Source: Eledone cirrhosa
Lineage: Eukaryota
NCBI GenBank assembly: GCA_964016885.1
Contig: OZ024743.1
Location: forward strand, 80,352,001-80,416,000
Length of the DNA: 64,000 bases
Reading direction: 5' to 3'
A model generated the notes under the pieces. That model searched no databases, was not told the DNA's origin, and saw nothing but the letters and a program-made list of their open reading frames with translations. The translations under genes were made by a program, and so were the position numbers. Positions 57,464 to 64,000 of this stretch are shown in pieces (the first letter of the stretch is position 1; every line of letters begins with the position of its first letter).

Positions 57464-57635
57464 AAGAGATATATTCGATAGTCTGATATGAAATAATACA
57501 GCCAATTTTCCACGCAATACATTTAGTTAGCACCCCGAACGCTTAATTAGGAATATACTCACTTATTTCCTAATGTTTGTTGAGTGAGTTGGAATTTGGC
57601 CGGAGTATCGCTAAAAAGCTTTCTCCGATAATTTA

Positions 57636-57704
<69 letters not shown>

Positions 57705-57711
<7 letters not shown>

Positions 57712-58040
57712 TATTTATACGTATATACATATATGTATACAGACGTACAGTAGTATGTATATATATATATATACATACATGCACACATATATATATGTAC
57801 GTATGGTTTACCGAACATTTATTATAATGTTCGCTTTGTTTGTAAACAAAAAGCCCGAATTAAGACGTACAGTGTTCGGCAACCACCGTTGCCCTTTTGT
57901 TCAACAGTGACAAACCTAACATTATAATAAATGTTCGGTAAACCCATACGTACATATATATATATATGTGCATGTATGTATGCATATACATACTACTGTT
58001 CATCTGTATACATATATGTATGTACGTATACATACTTATA
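57705..58040. repeat. Imperfect ~135-bp inverted repeat (MITE-like hairpin)
   Basis: gtacgtatggtttaccgaacatttattataatgtt / aacattataataaatgttcggtaaacccatacgtac, with pairing extending outward. Confidence 0.8.
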
Positions 58041-58085
58041 TATAAGTATCAGCCGTACTAAGAGTGAGAAATGAAATTTCATTTT

Positions 58086-58122
<37 letters not shown>

Positions 58123-58144
58123 GTATAAAAATCAATACAGTATA

Positions 58145-58222
58145 ATTACCTCATTACCAGAGGTTTCCCGAATGAGGCGAATACGAAAGAAACGTCTTCA
58201 TTCGTTCGTCAGACGAGGCAAT
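58145..58222 (-). ncRNA. Type I hammerhead ribozyme (family H)
   Basis: attgcctcgt-CTGACGA-acgaatga...tcattcgg-GAAA-cc(tct)gg-TA-atgaggtaat. 10-bp stem I with G.U pairs. Confidence 0.85.
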
Positions 58223-58428
58223 ATAAAACATGGGTAAATACTTGGAAAGTCTCATCAAGAAAAGCAAAAAAAATATATAGACAAATGAATTACAATATGA
58301 AATATATAAAAATCTTTCAAGAAATATAGTTAGGTGTGTGTATATGTATGTATATACGCTCACAGATGTGCATATATGAGCACTCTTCACTTCTATGACC
58401 TTTTCTGTTTTCAACGGAAATTTCAATA

Positions 58429-58495
<67 letters not shown>

Positions 58496-58636
58496 GGAGG
58501 AGCAAAAAATTGCTTATTGTGATCCAGTATAACCCTATTTGCAGTATAGCAATATATGGTTGAACTTACCAATGAAACGGTCGTAAATACCTGGATAAAA
58601 TCCTTCTCTTAATGCTTACCTGTGTTTTCTCTTTTA

Positions 58637-58717
<81 letters not shown>

Positions 58718-58758
58718 TACATATATATATGTAAACACACACATAGTTCATTATATAT

Positions 58759-59222
58759 ACTAGCAGAAAAACCACCCTCGGGTGTTTTTCTGCTAGCATG
58801 CGTAGTGTGTACATAGATATTATACGCAAGTACATATACATGTAGATATGATACATCAAATAAAATCGTAATTGACAATATACACAGAAATTGAACGAAG
58901 TCAGTGTTACATTGTCTTATGTAATCAGTAAAGTAATCCATGATACATTAAAAAAATACTATAATATATATAAACTGCATTAGGAGAAAATTAGTGACAG
59001 AAAATTAATATGTTTATTTAAGCGATCGCCACCGGAGTGTTGACATTTGAAAAATTTAAAGAAGTGAATCTTTAAACAAATAATAAAACATATTTAATGA
59101 TCAGCCGCGAAATTTAGTAGATAAATTATGTAATATTCATTCATTATTTATTCAAAGTAATCCAACTTATTTTCTCATGGGATAAAAAATTATAAACCGT
59201 ACGCAGTCCGGCGCTTCTTACT

Positions 59223-59232
<10 letters not shown>
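58759..59232 (-). mobile_element. Possible non-autonomous Helitron-like element
   Basis: CTAG end with hairpin ctagcagaaaaac..gtttttctgctag (58760-58796). The other end reads tatattataaaag on the minus strand. Confidence 0.35.
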
Positions 59233-59277
<45 letters not shown>

Positions 59278-59284
<7 letters not shown>

Positions 59285-59452
59285 GAATAGCTTTCGCCGT
59301 ATTTTTTACTAAAGAAATTTTAGCCTGATAAGAGTGTTTAGAACCCTCAGATAAATGGAAAAGATCAGGGTAAAATTTCTTTAGTCAAAAATACAGTGAA
59401 AGCTATTCTATTTTCAAATGTCAAACCTGCTCACTGTTTCAAAACATACTTG

Positions 59453-59455
<3 letters not shown>
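59278..59455. mobile_element. Fold-back element with HHR 3' half (GAAA-gc-TA)
   Basis: 59278-59334 is an imperfect inverse of 59364-59415. (TA)n on both sides. Confidence 0.6.
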
Positions 59456-59516
<61 letters not shown>

Positions 59517-59518
<2 letters not shown>

Positions 59519-60045
59519 AGGGCAATCCCAAAAGTAAGGTCTCCAAAGCGATGGGGACGCAGAGAAACTGTTCGTACGGCTGTTGGCAACACTGTTGTGA
59601 TTGGTGCTTCCTTCACTCCCAAACAAGCATGGGCGTGCTTCGCTGGGATGCTCAATCTTGGCTTCGCAGTCGTTGAGAATGGAGCTCTCGTTGAACGCTA
59701 CCGCCAAGTGCGAAGTTCGCGCAGTTATTCGGTTTTTGAATGCAAAAGGCGTTGAACCGATTGAAATTCATCACCAATTGACGGGAGTGTATGGACAGTC
59801 GTGCATGGGTGTCAAAAACGTTCGCAAGTGGTGTAGAGAGTTTACAGCCGGTCGTACTGAAATTCCCGACGAATACAGGAGCGGGAGACCGTTAATTTCC
59901 GACGAGACAGTCGCAATTTTTCCGATAAAATCCTGTGGATGGTGCTTCGGGAAATCTCAGGAACCAAAATGCAGAGATCATCCAGAGTGATCCACCGATC
60001 TTTACGATTGTTTTCCTCAACCTTTGCGACTGTCTCGTCGGAAAT
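59517..60045 (+). pseudogene. Mariner transposon left end and transposase HTH N-terminus, with an inverted continuation
   Basis: cgaggg TIR-like start. From ATG 59679: EVRAVIRFLNAKG..EIHHQL..VYG..VRKWCREF..GR..DEYRSGRP. The next residues (KVEENNRKDRWITLDDL..ISRSTIHRIL) are on the minus strand 59914-60045. Confidence 0.85.
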
Positions 60046-60201
60046 CTTCCGGAGGTGAAGAAATACAAACAAAATCTCTATAATTGTGTATGAATAGATC
60101 TTGATTATAAGATTTTTTTCAAAACATTATTCGAATAATTTAATGTCCAACTGTCTTGAAACTTGTGTAAGGAATTAAAAATGATTTAAAACCTAATGTT
60201 T

Positions 60202-60292
<91 letters not shown>

Positions 60293-60404
60293 AACCCTAG
60301 AGCAAATATTTATTATTAAAAAAACAGATTAAAGTTTAAGAAAAGAATCGCTGCTTTCACCCTTAACGGGATTGTCTGAAAAAACAACAACTATATATAT
60401 ATAT

Positions 60405-60625
60405 ATAAAGTTAAATAAAAAGTCAAATGTTTAAAATTTAGCTTCGTTTATTACTGCTATATATATTTCAGTGACAGCCATCTTTGGCTGTGACCTCTTC
60501 AGGCAGTCCGAATTAGTGTGGTATAGACAAGTACATATGTTGTTGTGGTGTATAATATTGTCAATACTCTGATATGCCCAGTTCCTGGTTGGGTTGTTAT
60601 TTCACTGAGGAACTGGAATCATATA
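60405..60625 (-). mobile_element. Family B copy 3, with HHR at 60453-60507
   Basis: Reverse complement of 28540-28765. Confidence 0.8.
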
Positions 60626-60636
60626 TATATATATAT

Positions 60637-60775
60637 AACAAAGGAATTGTGGTAAGGAACCAGATGGACCATAACGCACCAGAGTACTCAATATTTAGGG
60701 TAGTAGAGTGGGAAATAGTCCAGAAATAGCCGTCGAAACGGCTTGAGATCTGCCGTCGGGGTCATACTTTTTCCT
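60637..60775. mobile_element. Family A fold-back element
   Basis: Minus tail arm joined to plus arm agtccagaaatagccgtcGAAAcggc..gccgTCgggg. Confidence 0.75.
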
Positions 60776-60939
60776 ATATATATATATATATATAAATTTG
60801 AGTTTGTGTGCTTACCGACACTTCAATATGCAGGCTAGAACACTCGAGGAAGTGTACAGGTGAGTATGTTTCATCCGGAGTAATTTAAAACAAGAAGTGT
60901 AACTTAACACGTTAAAATTAACTCCGTTTAATCATATTC

Positions 60940-60998
60940 GCTGTTATATATATTTCGGTGATAACCATAATTCAACAGCTATGACCTCATCAGGCAGC
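60940..60998 (-). ncRNA. Type I hammerhead ribozyme (divergent relative of family B)
   Basis: gctgc-CTGATGA-ggtcatagctgt...atggttatcacc-GAAA-tatata-TA-acagc. Confidence 0.75.
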
Positions 60999-61277
60999 TA
61001 GAACTTGAACAGAAAAAACAGGGAAACATAATGTTGGAATAGAGTTTACCTTGTTAATTCGCTGATATGACCAGATCCGAAAAGTGGTGTTGTTAATCCA
61101 AAGAACTTGTATTGTCTAGGGTCCTGAAACGTTTGTAAATGGAGTAGTTAATATTGTGTTGTTCACTTTCTAATTATATGTGCGTGTGTTGGGTGCGAGA
61201 GAGAGAGAGAGAGTCCTGGATGATTTACTTTGGATGAAAGATTTCTTGTCATTTAGAAACCATTTGTATATTAAATA

Positions 61278-61417
<140 letters not shown>

Positions 61418-61619
61418 CATAACAGGCCGGACTGGAAATGTATCTTTAAAGTGTTAATGTGGCAACGAAAACTATACATACGACGCAAGAGCTTTGTGAC
61501 ATCGCCAGGTACGGATAGCATTATTATTATTAGTTAATAAATGAAATAGAACTACGGTAAACACTAACATATACTTGATCCGGATATGGCTCGCGAAATT
61601 CGGTTTTATTATTTAACTC

Positions 61620-61802
61620 GTGGATTGGCAGAATTGGTAGAGGGTTGGACATGCTTTCCAGCATAGTTAAGTCCCTTTACGATCTGAGTTCAAATCCCGC
61701 CAAGGTTAACTTTGCCTTTCATCCTTACGAGGTCGATAAAATAAAGTACCAGTAATGTACTGGGTAATTGCTGGCCTTGTGCCGAAAGTAGAAACAATTA
61801 TT
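61620..61802 (+). mobile_element. tRNA-derived SINE (Nin-domain-like core), near full length
   Basis: A-box TGGCAGAATTGG, B-box GAGTTCAAATCCC, tttgcctttcatccttacgaggtcgataaaataaagtacc. Confidence 0.8.
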
Positions 61803-62067
61803 TAACTCCGTTTCGGCTTCCACAGGATTCAACATCTACGATGAATGAATTGCATAACGTAGAGTGCTTTTCTTATGAATACATCATGGTTTACAAAATG
61901 GAATGACCAGTTCCACCCATTGATGAACTACACAACAGTAATGGTATATATGCACACACACACACACACACAAATATATATATATATATATACACGACAC
62001 ATTAAATAAATATATATATATATATATATATACACATACACACCACACATATTTTATATATATATAT

Positions 62068-62618
62068 ATGTAGAAGTTATATGTAATTTGTTGGGATACA
62101 ACAAGCAAATATTTTTATAACTGATATAAAGCACTCAACAAATTTTTGGAGTAAAAACACAATATATTAACAAATGGAAACTATATTTATAAAACCATAT
62201 TTATTTCATTATACATATTTCAAAGACACCAAAGCAAATTATGGCGCGCTTTCATCATATAAAATATAATATAGATCAATTTTATAAACAAATATTGACA
62301 TACACTTAAAGAATGCGACCATGTCGGTTGGAAGCTCCCGGATAGCTCACTATCCGGGAGCTTCCAACCGCATTCTTTAAGGGTATGTCAATATTTGTTT
62401 ATAAAATTGATCTATATTATATTTTATATGATGAAAGCGCACCATAATTTGCTTTGGTGTCCTTGAAATATGTATAATGAAATAAATATGGTTTTATAAA
62501 TATAGTTTCCATTTGTTAATATATTGTATTTTTACTCCAAAAATTTGTTGAGTGCTTTATATCAGTTATAAAAATATTTGGTTGTTGTATCCCAACAAAT
62601 TAAATATAACTTCTACAT
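62068..62618. mobile_element. 550-bp hairpin element with variant HHR in each arm
   Basis: Arms symmetric around ggatag(ctca)ctatcc at ~62346. Plus arm 62421-62483: attttat-ATGATGA-aagcgcacca..tggtgtcctt-GAAA-tatgta-TA-atgaaat. Confidence 0.75.
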
Positions 62619-62663
62619 ATATATATATATGAGAGAGAGATTAGGCGAGAGTATATGTATGTA

Positions 62664-62734
<71 letters not shown>

Positions 62735-62742
<8 letters not shown>

Positions 62743-63296
62743 AGTCGTTTGGAAGCCTCGACAATGCAAATGGGTAAATCTCCGGGTAACAAGGTCCGGT
62801 GGTGGAGAGAGAGATATGTAAGTGGGTGTACGTTGAGATGCGTGGTGTGTATAAGATGTGTGAGATGTGTAGAATGAAGGGAAGAGTAAAATAATAAAAA
62901 TAATAATAACAACACAAGAGAGAGAGTTACCTTGGGAGAGATTTAATAGTCCCTATATATTTCGGATTCACATCCATCAACTGTGGTTTTTTCCGGGGTG
63001 GGGAAAAGGTTGTCTGTCGGACAACTCGGAACGCGTCTTTCGCTGTTTGTTGATTTGAATATCTCTCTCTTGTGTTGTTATTATTATTTTTATTCTTTTA
63101 CTCTTCCCTTCATTCTACACATCTCACACATCTTATACACACCACGCATCTCAACGTACACCCACTTACATATCTCTCTCTCCACCACCGGACCTTGTTA
63201 CCCGGAGATTTACCCATTTGCATTGTCGAGGCTTCCAAACGACTTATAAATATTTACTTATTGTTCCACAATACTTCAAGCAAACTTCAATACTCT

Positions 63297-63298
<2 letters not shown>
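62735..63298. repeat. ~190-bp inverted repeat with ~135-bp spacer and sense tail
   Basis: 62735-62925 is the inverse of 63063-63253. (TA)n on both sides. Confidence 0.85.
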
Positions 63299-63385
<87 letters not shown>

Positions 63386-63414
63386 GAGAGAGAGATTGGG
63401 CGAGAGTGTATGTA

Positions 63415-63452
<38 letters not shown>

Positions 63453-64000
63453 AATGACCCATATAGAAAAGTAGATGAAGAAGGAAGCAATCAATAAGCC
63501 CTCCCTAATGAATTCACTACTAAATTGGTATTCCAGCTTTGTGAAATTTATACATACGTACACAGACCGAACCACACAATATATATATAAAGAGCGAGAG
63601 AGACAGGCACATACAGTAGTTATATTCACTTATATATGCGTGTGTGTGTGTATTTGAGAGAGAGAGAGAGAGTGAAAGAGAGAGAGAAAGGGAGAGAGAG
63701 AGGTAAAGAAAGATCGATTTGAAAATAGAATCGTTGTTACAAGTCATATATTTGACAAATTAAGATAGAGGAAATATCTGTCTCATACGTTCTATCCCTC
63801 TACACATCCTCTAACTTCCCAATCTCGTTCTCTAGCTTCTCTTAGTGAAGCGGAGAATTCCCAGAAACGTTAGAGCGTCGGTTAGACAACCTTGTGACAT
63901 CTTGTTCTCCTCATTGAGTTCAAATCTCTTTAAGGTCTCATCTCATCTGCCCTCCATTCTTTCAATCTTGCCTAATAATTACGAGTTCTATACTGGGGAC

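Overview
Eukaryotic, very AT-rich and microsatellite-saturated genomic DNA with no credible host protein-coding gene. The SINE types and (TA)n/(CA)n/(GA)n density suggest a cephalopod such as Octopus (inference). Nearly all ORFs in the track are translations of simple repeats. Real coding remnants are all transposon-derived: a 5'-truncated Penelope-like element (RT + GIY-YIG, 53.0-56.8 kb), a Tx1/L1-clade LINE (16.2-18.2 kb), RTE LINE fragments, a mariner N-terminus and an internally deleted Helitron. There are also tRNA-derived SINEs and several large minisatellites. The main unexplained signal is that many short 'unique' islands between (TA)n runs contain type I hammerhead ribozyme (HHR) motifs (stem I - CUGANGA - stem II - GAAA - stem III - UH - stem I). 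By eye there are about 13 motifs with a canonical core, plus variant and half motifs, from about 10 apparently unrelated sequence families. These islands are repeatedly built as fold-back (inverted) duplications or circularly permuted partial tandems, like the Penelope element in the same window, which has its own HHR and an inverted terminal copy. This points to a diverse population of (TA)n-associated, Penelope-mobilised, retrozyme-like non-coding elements. An HDV-like ribozyme fold is also seen at the start of an RTE-type 5' UTR. All structures were folded by hand and none has been tested for activity.
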